Origin: Gammaproteobacteria bacterium
GTDB lineage: Bacteria; Pseudomonadota; Gammaproteobacteria; Eutrophobiales; Eutrophobiaceae
Length of the DNA stretch: 64,000 nucleotides
Direction of reading: 5' to 3'
Assembly (NCBI GenBank): GCA_965261775.1
Contig: OZ253477.1
Coordinates: 933,239-997,238, forward strand
The notes under the pieces were generated by a model, which saw only the letters and a list, made by a program, of their open reading frames with translations, did not search any database and was not told where the DNA came from. Both the position numbers and the translations under genes were made by a program. Position 1 is the first letter of the stretch; every line of letters begins with the position of its first letter. Shown here in pieces: positions 32,193 through 44,543 of the stretch.

Positions 32193-34064
32193 TCAGGTCT
32201 TTTTCCGGATTCGGTATATTCCAAGCACTAATGCCAGTACGGTGATCAACAAGGGGATCAAACCGATATTGATAAAACGCAACTGCGCCCCGAGCCGTTC
32301 AATATTTTTTCTCAACTCGTGCTGCACGCTCCGCAGTTCTTTACGGGTTGCCAACCGTTTGCTTCTCAATTTCTCAATCTCTGCCGTTAACTTATTATCA
32401 AGCAGATACGATGTTTCATCCCCTTGTTCCTGCTGTAATCTGCGGATATTCTTTTCCGTTTCCTCCAGGCTGGCGCGCAATTCCTTTTCGCGCTGACGGA
32501 AGCGCATCTCTGCCTCACGGGTAATGGCTTCAATTTTCACAAACGGGCGCGCGTATCTGCCACGGCTGCGCAGACTGATCAAATCGGTATTACCGGATAA
32601 ATTGTCAAGACTGTTAATAACGAAATCGCCGTTATTGGCAATCTGCCGTGGCACGGAAACGCCAAACAGGTTCTGTGAGCGTACCCAGAAGTGATCTGCC
32701 AGTATGTCCGTGTCGGTCACCAAAATGATATTCAGATCGCCTTCACTGATAAAATCGGCATCCGGTGTTTCTCCTCCGTCACCATCATCAGCACCGGGGC
32801 GTCCATCAGGGAAATAGGTTTTCGCCTTGCCGGTTACCCTGGCCGCCAGCGTCATTCGCTTGTTTTCTGACTTGAAGTTATTCAGCACAACCGCCGGATC
32901 ACGCTGAAACAAAATCAAGTCCCTTTCCAGTTTGGTGGATTGTCTGGAAGTCCGGATCAACGGTTTGAAATCAAGCCCCTTGTCTTCCTTCATTTCCAGA
33001 GAACCCGCCGTCCCCAAGTGTATTACATTAAGCTCGCTGGTGGAAAAATCATCCGCATTGAAATTGTCCTTGCCCAGACGCAACCAGGGCAGATAGTTAA
33101 TCTCCTGCTGACCACGAGGACTGTTGGTCTGCACACGCATCGCCGCCTTGAGATCACCGACAATTTTTTCCCGACTCATTTCCAGCCCCCACACGGAAAG
33201 CATATCCGCAAGATAGGAATCAAGCTGTGGCAGGGTGTTTGGACTGGCTGGATCAGGCCGACTGCGGTCCTGCTCTGCCAACGGATCCAGAAAAATAATC
33301 GCCTTGCCGCCGCGTAACAAATATTGATCAATTCTGTACAAGGCGGGGGTACTCAATTTTTTCGGGTGTACCAGCATCAGAACATCAATGCTCTGGTCAA
33401 GCCTCTCCGCTTCATCACCGAGGTCACGCACGTCAAAAAATTCTCTTATGGCGTTGATGATCGTCCAACCGTCCTCACCGGCTCTGCTTTTGAACAGGGG
33501 AAGCTGTGATACCACACCTACCACACGTCTGTCGGGATAGGCCAGATTATAGATAATTTTGGTCAGGTCGTATTCCAGCGCCGCTTCACGGTTACTCTGA
33601 AAAAAGGGGATGGTCTTTTCATCATCGGTGGAATTGACGCCGACCAGGCCGAAATAAATACGTTCACCGGCGGCACTGGCGGTAATTGTGCGCAGACCGC
33701 TGGCGACGGCCTGATCTTCTGCCTCGGAGAAGGCTTCCGGCTCAATGATATTCAGGATGAGCTTGCCGTCGGCATAAGCCACATACTCCTCCAGCATATC
33801 GCGGACACGGATGCCGTAATTGGCGAGACCAGGAAAATCTGATATCTCCCTTCTTGAAAAATAAAAATCCAGATGAATCGGCTCTTCCAGATTCCTCAGT
33901 ATATTAATCGTGCCTTGAGACAGGGTAAATAGTTTGTTCTCGGTCAAATCAAGACGCCAGGTCGTCAGTGTCGTGTTGACCAGTATGATCGTGGCGACAA
34001 ACAAACAGGTTGAAAGTATCAAACCCGTCCCGGAAATAATCCTGTGCCTGAGCGCGTATTTCAT
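32193..34064 (-). CDS. GldG-family ABC transporter auxiliary component
   Basis: 623 aa with N- and C-terminal TM anchors and a large periplasmic domain, directly after the ABC-2 permease. Confidence 0.75.
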   Translation of the reverse strand: MKYALRHRIISGTGLILSTCLFVATIILVNTTLTTWRLDLTENKLFTLSQGTINILRNLEEPIHLDFYFSRREISDFPGLANYGIRVRDMLEEYVAYADGKLILNIIEPEAFSEAEDQAVASGLRTITASAAGERIYFGLVGVNSTDDEKTIPFFQSNREAALEYDLTKIIYNLAYPDRRVVGVVSQLPLFKSRAGEDGWTIINAIREFFDVRDLGDEAERLDQSIDVLMLVHPKKLSTPALYRIDQYLLRGGKAIIFLDPLAEQDRSRPDPASPNTLPQLDSYLADMLSVWGLEMSREKIVGDLKAAMRVQTNSPRGQQEINYLPWLRLGKDNFNADDFSTSELNVIHLGTAGSLEMKEDKGLDFKPLIRTSRQSTKLERDLILFQRDPAVVLNNFKSENKRMTLAARVTGKAKTYFPDGRPGADDGDGGETPDADFISEGDLNIILVTDTDILADHFWVRSQNLFGVSVPRQIANNGDFVINSLDNLSGNTDLISLRSRGRYARPFVKIEAITREAEMRFRQREKELRASLEETEKNIRRLQQEQGDETSYLLDNKLTAEIEKLRSKRLATRKELRSVQHELRKNIERLGAQLRFINIGLIPLLITVLALVLGIYRIRKKT

Positions 34065-34067
34065 GGT

Positions 34068-34802
34068 CTAACTCGCTTTCTTCGCTTCAATAACCACAAC
34101 ATTGACATATAACCAGAAGGCGATTAAGGCGCTGAAATAGGCAATATCACGGATATCAATCACCCCTTTTCTGATTGAGGTGAAATGTGTCAGAAAACTC
34201 AATGAAGCGATGGCATCAACGACCGTCTGCGGCATCCAGCCGCGGAAAATATCCAGCACCAGCGGAAAGCCGCTTAATATGAACATAAAACAAATCACAA
34301 CGCTGATCACAAAAGCAATGACCTGACTTTTGGTCAGGGCAGAGATACAGGAACCAATAGCCAGAAAACCGCCGCCCATGATCAGACTGCCAATATAACT
34401 CGAAAAGATGACGGTATTATCCGGATCGCCAAGATAATTCACCGTCAACCACATCGGGAAGGTTAAAAATAAGGCCACGGCGGTAAAACTCCAGGCAGCC
34501 AGATATTTACCTATAACAGCGTCCGTCATGGAAACAGGCAACGTCATCAATAATTCTATCGTGCCGCTCTTGCGCTCATCCGACCAAAGCCGCATGGAGA
34601 TCGCCGGGATTAAAAACAGATATAGCCAGGGATGAAACTTGAAGAAAGGTTCCAGATCGGCCTGATTGCTTTCATAAAAGGCACCAAGGTAAAAGGTAAA
34701 GACGCCGGTCATGAATAAAAAGATAACGATCAACACATAGGCCACGGGTGTTACGAAGTAACTGGTGAACTCGCGTTTATAAATTGAGAATAAACGGCTC
34801 AT
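34068..34802 (-). CDS. ABC-2 family transporter permease (GldF-like)
   Basis: Six-TM ABC-2 permease, 244 aa. Confidence 0.8.
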   Translation of the reverse strand: MSRLFSIYKREFTSYFVTPVAYVLIVIFLFMTGVFTFYLGAFYESNQADLEPFFKFHPWLYLFLIPAISMRLWSDERKSGTIELLMTLPVSMTDAVIGKYLAAWSFTAVALFLTFPMWLTVNYLGDPDNTVIFSSYIGSLIMGGGFLAIGSCISALTKSQVIAFVISVVICFMFILSGFPLVLDIFRGWMPQTVVDAIASLSFLTHFTSIRKGVIDIRDIAYFSALIAFWLYVNVVVIEAKKAS

Positions 34803-35554
34803 GCTGTGGTTGGCGACCTGTGGTCTTCACCGGTGGTAATCAAACGAAAGGCATGGTCGATATTGCTCCGATCTGACCTGGCAATCAGTTCCTGTGGCGT
34901 ACCGTCGAACAGCAATCTCCCCGCATCAATGATGATCGCGCGCGTGCAAACGGCATCCACTTCTTCCAGAATGTGCGTGGAAACAATAATCGCTTTGTCT
35001 TTTGCCATATTCCGAATCAGCTTTCGTACCTCGTACTTCTGATTGGGGTCAAGCCCGTCGGTCGGTTCATCCAGGATCAGAATTTTCGGATCATGCAAAA
35101 TCGCCTGGGCCAGACCCACACGGCGTTTATATCCCTTGGATAACGTTTCGATGGTTTGCTCGAAAACAGTTTTAATATTGATTAAATCAATCACATGACT
35201 GATCCGCTCCTGACGTTTTTTACCGCTGAGCTGACGAATGTCGGCAATAAAATTCAGAAATCTCTTCACTGTCATTTCACCATAGGACGGCGCACCCTCA
35301 GGCAAATAGCCGATGGATTCTTTTATAGCCAGCGGATTTTGCAGTATGTCATAACCGTTGACCTTGACAATGCCGGCCGTCGGTTCCAGAAAACCAGTGA
35401 TGATCTTCATCGCCGTTGACTTTCCCGCTCCGTTGGGGCCGAGGAAACCCAATACTTCCCCATAACTGACTTCAAAGGAAATATCCCGCAAAGCATGAAT
35501 TGAACCAAACGACTTCTGTAGTGATTTAACTTTGATTGCTTTCGACATAGACAT
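34799..35554 (-). CDS. ABC transporter ATP-binding protein (GldA-like)
   Basis: Walker A GPNGAGKST, signature LSKGYKRRV, Walker B ILILDEPTDGLD. Confidence 0.88.
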   Translation of the reverse strand: MSMSKAIKVKSLQKSFGSIHALRDISFEVSYGEVLGFLGPNGAGKSTAMKIITGFLEPTAGIVKVNGYDILQNPLAIKESIGYLPEGAPSYGEMTVKRFLNFIADIRQLSGKKRQERISHVIDLINIKTVFEQTIETLSKGYKRRVGLAQAILHDPKILILDEPTDGLDPNQKYEVRKLIRNMAKDKAIIVSTHILEEVDAVCTRAIIIDAGRLLFDGTPQELIARSDRSNIDHAFRLITTGEDHRSPTTA

Positions 35555-35595
35555 AATTAATCAGGGATATCGCCAGAATTTTATAAGAAAAACAA

Positions 35596-35667
35596 CCCCG
35601 TCAAGCGGGGCATTTCCGGCACTATTTTACACAAAAAAAAAGCCCCGTCAAAGGGACATTACCGGGG
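35596..35667 (-). terminator. two tandem intrinsic terminators (minus-strand orientation) between the DUF368 gene and the ABC operon
   Basis: Hairpins ccccgcttgacgggg and ccccggtaatgtccctttgacgggg. On the minus strand each is followed by a T-rich run (A10 on the plus strand). Confidence 0.7.
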
Positions 35668-35816
35668 AGACAGACTGTTTAAAAACAAGGGGGGTTCACT
35701 CTATTAAGGATTCAAAATTTGTCATTGAATTGGGAAAGAGATGTAACAAAATCCCTTAAAGGTGAAGAAAGTGTCACACCTCAAAAAGACTCTCCCGCCA
35801 CCGGCAAAGGGATTTT

Positions 35817-36752
35817 TCACCGTATTTCAGCCGCTTTGCCGAAGCAGCGGTCAAGGATAACCACGATGCCAAAACCCAGCACCATCATTGTACAGGAGTA
35901 GACAAGTTGCTCATTAAACGCCGTCGGCCAGTACGGAGCAGATGAGATGAGTCGTTCCTTGCCTCGCACAACCGCGTAGATGCGCTCCTGAAACGGCCAG
36001 ATGACATACAGGGAGGCAATCAGCAGGCCGACGATAAACAGGAGGGTCTGTTGGTAAAACCGGTTTAACAACCCGGACAGCACGCGGCTAAACAGCACGA
36101 CGCCGGTAAGCACGCCCAACGCAAAGGGGACAATGACAGTGAAATTGATATGTCCGATGGCGTTGAAGATATAGGCGTACTTTTTCATCATCAGTAATAC
36201 GAAGGAACCGGACAGGCCGGGCAGAAGCATGGCAGCAATGGCGATAGTGCCACACAGAAAAATAAACCAGCTATCGTCCGGGGTTGAGGCCGGGACCAGA
36301 TTCATAACAATGCTCCCACACAACAACCCCGCCAGCAGGAAAAAGACGTATCTGATAACGGTGTCCGTTCCAGTGTGCCGATACAGCAAGATGATTGAAC
36401 CCAGTATCAGTCCGAAAAACAGGCCGTAGATGGCCTCTGGCCGGGTTCGGACAAGTAGAGGTAAAGGCACAATTCGGGTAAAAAAGAACAAGGCGATGAT
36501 AACGCCAACCCCGGTCGGGATTAAAAAACCGAAATGAGGGCGGTTGATGGCGCCTTTTACATCGCCGCGCAGCAACATACCCAGCCATTGACAATCAAAG
36601 GATTTAATCGCGTTAATCAGGCGCGGATAGACCCCCAGAATAAAGGCTACCGTGCCACCGCTGACCCCGGGGACCACGTCGGCGGCACCGATACAAAAAC
36701 CCTTTGCAACAAGCATCAGCCGCCATTTGGATAGATGCGCTATAAAAGACAT
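35817..36752 (-). CDS. DUF368 family polytopic membrane protein (family recently implicated in undecaprenyl-phosphate recycling)
   Basis: ADVVPGVSGGTVAFILGV motif near the N-terminus. Multi-pass TM protein, 311 aa. Confidence 0.65.
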   Translation of the reverse strand: MSFIAHLSKWRLMLVAKGFCIGAADVVPGVSGGTVAFILGVYPRLINAIKSFDCQWLGMLLRGDVKGAINRPHFGFLIPTGVGVIIALFFFTRIVPLPLLVRTRPEAIYGLFFGLILGSIILLYRHTGTDTVIRYVFFLLAGLLCGSIVMNLVPASTPDDSWFIFLCGTIAIAAMLLPGLSGSFVLLMMKKYAYIFNAIGHINFTVIVPFALGVLTGVVLFSRVLSGLLNRFYQQTLLFIVGLLIASLYVIWPFQERIYAVVRGKERLISSAPYWPTAFNEQLVYSCTMMVLGFGIVVILDRCFGKAAEIR

Positions 36753-37015
36753 TGACCTGGATGTTTCACGAAGGGTTTCAAATGCATCTTCTGAAAAACA
36801 ATAATCCGCAGAGATTAAAGGGCAGCTTCCCGCCCCCGACTAAAACACTCAGGGATATGCCGTCGCGGGAAAGGCGCTGCAGAAAGGACATATGACTGAT
36901 GACGAAACGGGACAAACCGTATTTGGGGGAGACGATACTCATTTCAATCATCATTGCCTGAAATTAACGATAATGTTGAATAATCACGTTCGCTCTTAAT
37001 GCAACACAGGTCAGA

Positions 37016-38092
37016 TCAACGGTGATAAGGGGTGCTTAATTCATGCACCGCGTCAATGAAGGTCGCCGCGTTTTCAGGATCGATATCCGGGGTGATGCCG
37101 TGTCCGAGATTGAAGATATGCCCCGGCCCCTTACCATAGCTTTTCAGGATAGACGCTACTTCATTGCGTATCGTCTCCGGGTCGCATTTAAGGATGGCGG
37201 GATCCATATTGCCCTGCAAGGCAACGCGATCACCCACCTGCTTTCTGACCTCACCGATATCCTGCGTCCAGTCCAGACCGACCGCATCGCAAGTTGATGA
37301 GGCAATCGCCTCAATCCACAGACCAGCACCCTTGCTGAAAAGGATAACGGGGATGGTATTGCCCTCGTGTCGCCGCTGTAATCCGTCCAGTATACGTTTC
37401 ATATAGGCCAGCGAAAAATCATGATAGGCCGGGGGCGCCAATACACCACCCCAGGTGTCAAAAATCATTATCGTCTGTACACCGGCGTTGATCTGTGCAT
37501 TGAGATAAAGCGTAACGGCTTCGGCGAGATGTCCCAGTAATTTGTGCAAAGCGGCCGGTTCCTGATACAGCATCTTTTTTACCTTGCCAAAATCGCGACT
37601 CGTTCCGCCTTCAATCATATAGGTCGAAAGGGTCCAGGGGCTGCCCGCGAAACCGATCAGGGGCACGCTGTTTTTCAATTCCGCGCGAATCAGACGCACC
37701 GCGTCCATGACATAGAGCAGTTCCGTTTCCGGGTCTGGCATGGGCAAGTTGTCGATATCGCTTGACGATGCAATCGGTTTGGCAAACTTCGGCCCTTCCC
37801 CTTCGCTTAATCCCAGACCCAATCCCATTGCATCCGGTATCGTCAGGATATCTGAAAACAGTATCGCCGCATCCAGTGGATAGCGTTCCAGTGGTTGTAA
37901 AGTCACTTCGCAGGCTAACTCCGGGGTCTGGCACAAAGTGATAAAGTCACCCGCCTTTGCACGGGTTGCACGGTATTCAGGCAGATAGCGTCCGGCCTGG
38001 CGCATCATCCATACCGGAGTGCTGTCAACGGGTTGACGTGCCAGCGCCTTGATAAGGCGGTCATTCTTCAATGTCGGTAACATTGTGGTCAT
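37016..38092 (-). CDS. hemE: uroporphyrinogen decarboxylase
   Basis: [35 protein letters not shown]-terminal signature. Confidence 0.93.
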   Translation of the reverse strand: MTTMLPTLKNDRLIKALARQPVDSTPVWMMRQAGRYLPEYRATRAKAGDFITLCQTPELACEVTLQPLERYPLDAAILFSDILTIPDAMGLGLGLSEGEGPKFAKPIASSSDIDNLPMPDPETELLYVMDAVRLIRAELKNSVPLIGFAGSPWTLSTYMIEGGTSRDFGKVKKMLYQEPAALHKLLGHLAEAVTLYLNAQINAGVQTIMIFDTWGGVLAPPAYHDFSLAYMKRILDGLQRRHEGNTIPVILFSKGAGLWIEAIASSTCDAVGLDWTQDIGEVRKQVGDRVALQGNMDPAILKCDPETIRNEVASILKSYGKGPGHIFNLGHGITPDIDPENAATFIDAVHELSTPYHR

Positions 38093-38197
38093 TTACATCA
38101 GGAAAATAATAATATTGTTGAACATTATGTCAGGGGGAAACCGCGGCAACGATGTGACAAACAGGGGAAATAATATGCCAGGATAAATAATTATTTC

Positions 38198-39643
38198 TCA
38201 GAGTGGTGCCGGTAAATCGCTCTCCCCCATCAGGAATTTGTCAATGCCTCTAGCCGCGCTTCTGCCTTCCGCAATTGCCCAGACAATAAGGCTTTGCCCG
38301 CGATGCACATCGCCAGCGGCAAAGACACCTTCCACACTGGTCTGCCATGTTTCCGGATCGACTATCATATTGCCCCGTTCATCCAGATCAAGCGCAAGCT
38401 GATTAATCATGCCCGGTTGTTCCGGACCGGTGAAACCCATCGCCAGCAAGGCAAGATCGCAGGGCAACTCCCGTTCACTGCCTGTCACTTCTTCAAAACC
38501 GACGCGATTGCCCTCTTTCTTTAACGCGACTTCTATCAGACTCAGCGCCTTCACATTACCCTGTCCATCGTCAATAAACCGTTTGGTAGAAACCGAATAA
38601 ACCCGTTCCACGCCTTCTTCATGGGCCGAAGCGGTTCGGTAAATATCAGGCCATTCGGGCCAGGGGTTGTCCGCCGCACGAACGGTGGGCGGCTTCGGCA
38701 TAATTTCCAGTTGATGCACGGTTTCACAACCTTGTCTATTGGCAGTACCCAGGCAATCCGCCCCGGTATCGCCACCGCCGATAATCACGACATGTTTTCC
38801 CTCTGCACTGATAAAGTCAGCCGGTCTGTCATCACCTTCACAAAGGCGATTCTGCATAGGGAGATACTCCATCGCCTGATGGATACCGTTCAGTTCCCGA
38901 CCCGCTATCGGCAGATCGCGAGCCGCGCAGGCGCCGCAGGTCAGCAACAACACATGATAATCCTCCCTGAGTTCGGCGACGGAGATGTTTTTGCCGACAT
39001 GGGCTTTGGTCCTGAATTTCACGCCTTCGACCAACAGTTGTTCAAGACGACGGTCAAGCAATCTTTTTTCCATTTTGAATTCGGGGATACCGTAACGTAG
39101 CAGACCGCCGATACGATCGTCACGTTCAAATACCGTAACATCGTGCCCAGCCCTGACAAGCTGTTGCGCGGCGGCCAGTCCAGCGGGGCCGGAACCAATA
39201 ACGGCGACGGTCTTGCCGGTTTTTTTCTCCGCTATGATCGGTTTGACCCAACCATTTTCCCAGGCTTTGTCAATGATGGAAACTTCAACCGCCTTGATCG
39301 TCACCGGGTCATCATTAATGCCCAGAACGCAGGAACCCTCACACGGCGCTGGACATAAAACGCCGGTAAATTCAGGGAAATTGTTTGTGGCGTGCAAACG
39401 CTGAATAGCGTCATACCATTGGTCCTGATAGATCAGATCGTTCCAGTCCGGGATAAGATTCCCCAGAGGGCAGGCCTGATGGCAAAAGGGGATGCCACAA
39501 TCCATACAACGTGAGGCCTGGGTCTTTAATGGTTCAACCGGCCAGGGTTTAGTCACCTGCGTCCAGTCTTTCAGGCGCTCTTCCACCGGGCGATACGGCT
39601 GCGGCATGCGTTTCGCTTCCAGAAAACCCGTTATTTTACCCAT
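38198..39643 (-). CDS. gltD: glutamate synthase small (beta) subunit
   Basis: Fe-S Cys cluster CMDCGIPFC...CP and FAD/NAD Rossmann motif [10 protein letters not shown]. Confidence 0.92.
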   Translation of the reverse strand: MGKITGFLEAKRMPQPYRPVEERLKDWTQVTKPWPVEPLKTQASRCMDCGIPFCHQACPLGNLIPDWNDLIYQDQWYDAIQRLHATNNFPEFTGVLCPAPCEGSCVLGINDDPVTIKAVEVSIIDKAWENGWVKPIIAEKKTGKTVAVIGSGPAGLAAAQQLVRAGHDVTVFERDDRIGGLLRYGIPEFKMEKRLLDRRLEQLLVEGVKFRTKAHVGKNISVAELREDYHVLLLTCGACAARDLPIAGRELNGIHQAMEYLPMQNRLCEGDDRPADFISAEGKHVVIIGGGDTGADCLGTANRQGCETVHQLEIMPKPPTVRAADNPWPEWPDIYRTASAHEEGVERVYSVSTKRFIDDGQGNVKALSLIEVALKKEGNRVGFEEVTGSERELPCDLALLAMGFTGPEQPGMINQLALDLDERGNMIVDPETWQTSVEGVFAAGDVHRGQSLIVWAIAEGRSAARGIDKFLMGESDLPAPL

Positions 39644-42600
39644 GTGCCGCCTTCATGATAGCTTCATCAATTGATGCGCCTTCCTGCTTTGCTTTCTTGA
39701 TAGTTTCCAGCACCCGCCGGTAATCTCTTGGTATCACTTTGATGAAAGTGGATTGATACCCTGCCCAATCGTCAAGTATCTTTTGTGCTACCGTGCTTTG
39801 CGTGTAACGCAGATGCTTATTTAACAATGTCTTGAGGGTATCAATATCCTCCTCGTCCTCAACCCTTTCCAGATCAACCATCCCGTGGTTGCAAAGCACC
39901 GAAAATTCGTCTTTTTCCGCCAGCACATAAGCAATACCGCCTGACATACCAGCAGCAAAATTACGGCCGGTCTGACCGATAATCACAACCCGACCCCCGG
40001 TCATATATTCACAGCCATGGTCCCCGACGCCCTCCACAACAGCATTGACTCCGCTGTTGCGCACACAGAAACGTTCACCGGCGATGCCTCGAAATAGGCC
40101 TCACCACGGGTGGCACCGTAGAGCACAACATTGCCGATCAGGATGTTTTCTTCCGGGACGAACGAAGAATGGCGCGGCGGGTAGGACAATGATCCTGCCT
40201 CCAGACAGACCCTTGCCGATATAATCATTGGCGTCGCCTTCCAGCGTCAGCGTGACGCCCTTCGGCAGAAAAGCGCGAAACTCATACCGGCGGAACCGTT
40301 CAAATGGACGTTATCGTGTCTTCCGGCAGGCCTTCGGCACCATAACGTTGGGTAATGTGATAACCCAGTATGGTGCCAACGGCGCGGTCGGTATTTCCGA
40401 CAGGCAGGATAATATCGACCTTCTTTTATTCCCTGGAGCGCATCTTTGCACAGGGGACCAGTTTGGTCACATCAAGTGATTTTTCCAGGCCATGTCTTGT
40501 TCTTTAAACACAATACATTTTGTCGCCTGGGCTCGTTTTGCCTGATACAGGATTCTGGAAAAATCCAGACCACGCGCCTTCCAGTGGTGAATGGCCTTGC
40601 GCGTATCCAGCCTGTCACCCGACCAATCATCTCGTTCACGGGAGGAAACCGAGTCGGGCATATATTCGCGTACTTCTTCGGCGATATATTTGAAAAAATT
40701 TTCAACGAACCCGGCTTGCCAGAAAATTTTGCCGTCAGTTTCGGGTTTTGGGTCGCGATGCCCACCGTGCAGGTATTCAAATGGCAACGCGCATCATAAT
40801 ACAACCCATAACAACCAGCGGCGCGGTCGAGAAGCAGTATTCCTCCGCCCCCAGCAAGGCAGCGATGGTCACATCGCGTCCGGTTTCAACTGCCCATCGG
40901 TCTGCACGACGATGCGGTCGCGCAAACCGTTTTGAACCAGCACTTGTTGTGTTTCCCGCCAGACCGAGTTCCACGGCAAGCCCGCTGTTGCATCGTGAAC
41001 TCAGCGGGGAAGCGCCGGGGCCGCCGTCATAACCCGAAATCAGCACCACATCGGAATGCGCCTTGGCCACACCCGCAGCCACGGTACCGACCCCGGTTTC
41101 CGCAACCAGTTTCACATGGATACGTGCCCTGGGATTGGCATTCTTCAGATCATAAATCCAGTTGTGCCAGGTCTTCTATGGAATAGATGTCATGATGCGG
41201 CGGCGGCGAGATTACACCACACCGGGGTTGAGTGACGCACCCTGGCGATCCATGGATAGACCTTGGTGCCGGGCAATTGGCCGCCTTCGCCCGGTTTGGC
41301 GCCCTGCGCGATCTTGATTTGAATATCATCGGCATTTACCAGATATCGCTGGTAACGCCAAAACGCCCGGAGGCCACCTGTTTGATCGCACTGCGTCTTA
41401 AATCGCATTGGCATCCGGCGTAAAGCGATCCAGATCTTCACCGCCTTCACCAGTATTTGACTTGCCGCCAATGCGGTTCATGGCAATGGCCAGTGTTTCA
41501 TGCGCCTCTTTGCTGATGGAGCCGTAAGACATCGCGCCGGTTGAAAAACGTTCCACGATGCTGTCAATAGATTCAACCTCTTCTATAGGGATCGGCTCTT
41601 TGGCGAAACGAAAACGAAAAGCCTCTCAAGGTAGCAAGGTGCTCGTGCTGTTCATCCACCTTTGCGGTGTATTCCTTGAAAATCCTGTACTGTCCCGAAC
41701 GAGTCGCGTGCTGTAATTTGAAAACCGTTTCAGGATTGAACAGGTGATATTCTCCATCCCGGCGCCATTGATATTCACCGCCCCATTCCAGTTCGGCTCT
41801 TTTGACCACGCGCTCGGGAAAGGCGTTATGGTGCCGCAAACCGACTTCCTCCGCGACGACATCAAGACCGATACCGCCTATATTTGAGGCAGTCCAGCAG
41901 AAGTATTTATCGACAAATTCCCGATCCAGGCCAATCGCTTCAAAAATCTGTGCGCCGCGATAAGATTGAATGGTGGAAATACCCATTTTGGCCATCGTCT
42001 TGATCAAACCCTTATCAGCAGCCTTGATGAAGTTCTGTACGCTTCATCGTGCTTCATCTGCGACGGGAGGTAGCCCTGTCAATCAGATCGGCCAGCGATT
42101 CAAAGGCAAGATAGGGGTTGATACAGCCCGCGCCGTAACCCAGTAAAACGGCAAAGTGATGCACCTCCCTCGGTTCGCCAGACTCGAGTACGATGCTGAC
42201 CCTGGCGCGCGTACCTTGTCGAATCAGATGATGATGCAGACCGGCGACGGCAAGCAGTGCCGGTATCGGGGCCTTGTCACCATCAATATCACGGTCGGAG
42301 AGTATCAGATAGACAATGCCCGCCTTGACCAGTCTGTCCGCCTCGGCAAAAACACGTTGCAACGCAGCCTCCAGGCCAGCGCGCCCATCTGCAACCGGGT
42401 AGCTTATCGAAATTACTGTTGAGGTAAAACCGGGCGCGTCCATATCGCGAATACGCGCCAGCTCTTCATTGGTAATCAGGGGTGATTTAAGTTTGATCTG
42501 ACGACAGTGTAAGGGACCGACTTCCAACGGATTGCCTTCGGCGCCGATCGTTGAACCGATCTGTGTGACCAGTTCTTCACGGATACCATCCAGCGGCGGG

Positions 42601-44180
42601 TTAGTGACCTGCGCGAAGAGTTGTTTGAAGTAATCGTACAGCAGACGTGACCGGTTTGACAAAACGGCCAACGCGGCATCGGTACCCATGGAACCGATAG
42701 CTTCGGCACCCGTTCCCGCCATCGGCGCCATCAAAAGGCGCAGGTCTTCATGCGTATAACCGAATATCTGTTGACGCTGTAACAGGGTTTCATGATTGAG
42801 CCCCAAAGTTTGTTTTGGTAATGGCAGATTTTCGATGGGTTTCATGTTTTCTTTCAGCCACTGCCGATAAGGATGTTCAGCCACAAAGCGCCGCTTTAAT
42901 TCCTCATCGTCAATGATGCGGCCTTCATTGGTATCCACCATAAAGATACGCCCGGGATGCAGGCGTTCTTTTATACTGATATTTTCTGGCAGCACTTCCA
43001 GAACGCCCACTTCGGAAGCCATGATCACCATATCGTCCTTGGTCACGTAATAACGTGAAGGACGCAGGCCGTTTCTGTCCAGCACCGCTCCAATCACTTC
43101 TCCATCGGTGAATGCGATGGATGCCGGACCGTCCCAGGGCTCCATCAGGCAGGCGTGGTATTCATAGAACGCCTTGCGATCTTCATCCATGGTTTCGTGT
43201 CCGGCCCAGGCTTCCGGAACCATCATGAGCATGACCTGCGGTAAAGGCCGACCCGCCATGTGCAGAAATTCCATCACATTATCAAACATGGCGGAATCAC
43301 TGCCGCCTTCAATAACAATCGGAAAAAGTTTTTTCAGATCATCGCCAAACAGGTCGGAATCGCATAGGGCTTCACGGGCGCGCATCCAGTTGACATTGCC
43401 GCGCACGGTATTGATCTCGCCGTTGTGCGCGATATAACGGAACGGATGTGCCAGACGCCAGGAGGGGAAAGTATTGGTCGAGAAACGTTGATGTACCAGC
43501 GCCAGCGCGGATTCAACATCCGGAGCGCCGAGGTCGGGAAACATCGGTTCAATCTGCGGGCCAGTCAGCATGCCCTTATAGATAAAGGTGCGGCGGGAGA
43601 GCGATGCGACATAAAACAGATTTCGCTGCGACAGATCGGAATTCCATATCTCGTGTTCAACACGCTTGCGGATGACATAGAGTTTGCGCTCAAACGCGGC
43701 CGGGTCTATGGCGTCGTTTTTACTGATAAATATCTGCTTGAAATCAGGTTCGCTTTCTTTTGCGCTTGGGCCAAGCGCTGCGTCGTCGGTCGGCACATCA
43801 CGCCAGCCGAGAACGTGTTGATTTTCCTCTTTAACGATACGTTCGAATATTGCACGGCAGCGTTTTGACTGATCGGCGTCAACGGGGAGAAAGACCAGAC
43901 CGGCACCATATTTCTCCGTTTCAGGCAACTTGATACCGATTTCAGTACAGACGCGCCGGAAAAATTTATCTGGCTTCTGGATCAGTATACCGACACCATC
44001 GCCGGTGTTTTCCTCACAACCGCAGGCACCGCGGTGCAGCAGTTTTTTCAGAATGGTGAAAGCGTTATCAACAATCTTGTGGGATTTTCGGCCCTTTATA
44101 TCAACCACAAAACCGACGCCACAGGCATCGTGTTCTGTCGAAGGTTCATACAAACCGGCTTTTTCTATTATTTTCTGCAT
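39636..44180 (-). pseudogene. gltB: glutamate synthase large (alpha) subunit gltB. The N-terminal 708 aa and C-terminal 142 aa are intact, but the central 2 kb (about 40065-42054) carries at least six frameshifts
   Basis: MQKIIEKAGLYEPSTEHDACGVGFV... is the Ntn amidotransferase domain. GltB-homologous peptides ([46 protein letters not shown]) turn up in different frames. The total span of 4545 bp equals full GltB length. Confidence 0.8.
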
Positions 44181-44543
44181 GTTGGTCGCTCACTACTAGT
44201 AGTCTGTATTATCCGAATAGCAGAATGTTCATTCAATCCCGGTTTTAAGGACGGGGCCGTGAACCGCAGACTGACGCTGATTTTTAGCGGCGATTGACTG
44301 AAAAAATACAATCTGCCAAGCCTCTCCTGGGAATAGAGGATGATATCAAAATTTTTGATTTATCACAATCAGGATACTTTCATAAATTATCCAGGACGGG
44401 AACTTGCCAGATAGCGAACGGTAAAAGAGGGGAAAGGTTCTTCGTCGCAGCCGAAGATGAATTTGAAGGGACGAAAGAATACGGACAGTATTATCTCACG
44501 TTTTTTTCATCCTTGGCAAAAGCGAAACAGGTAAAACCTTTTT

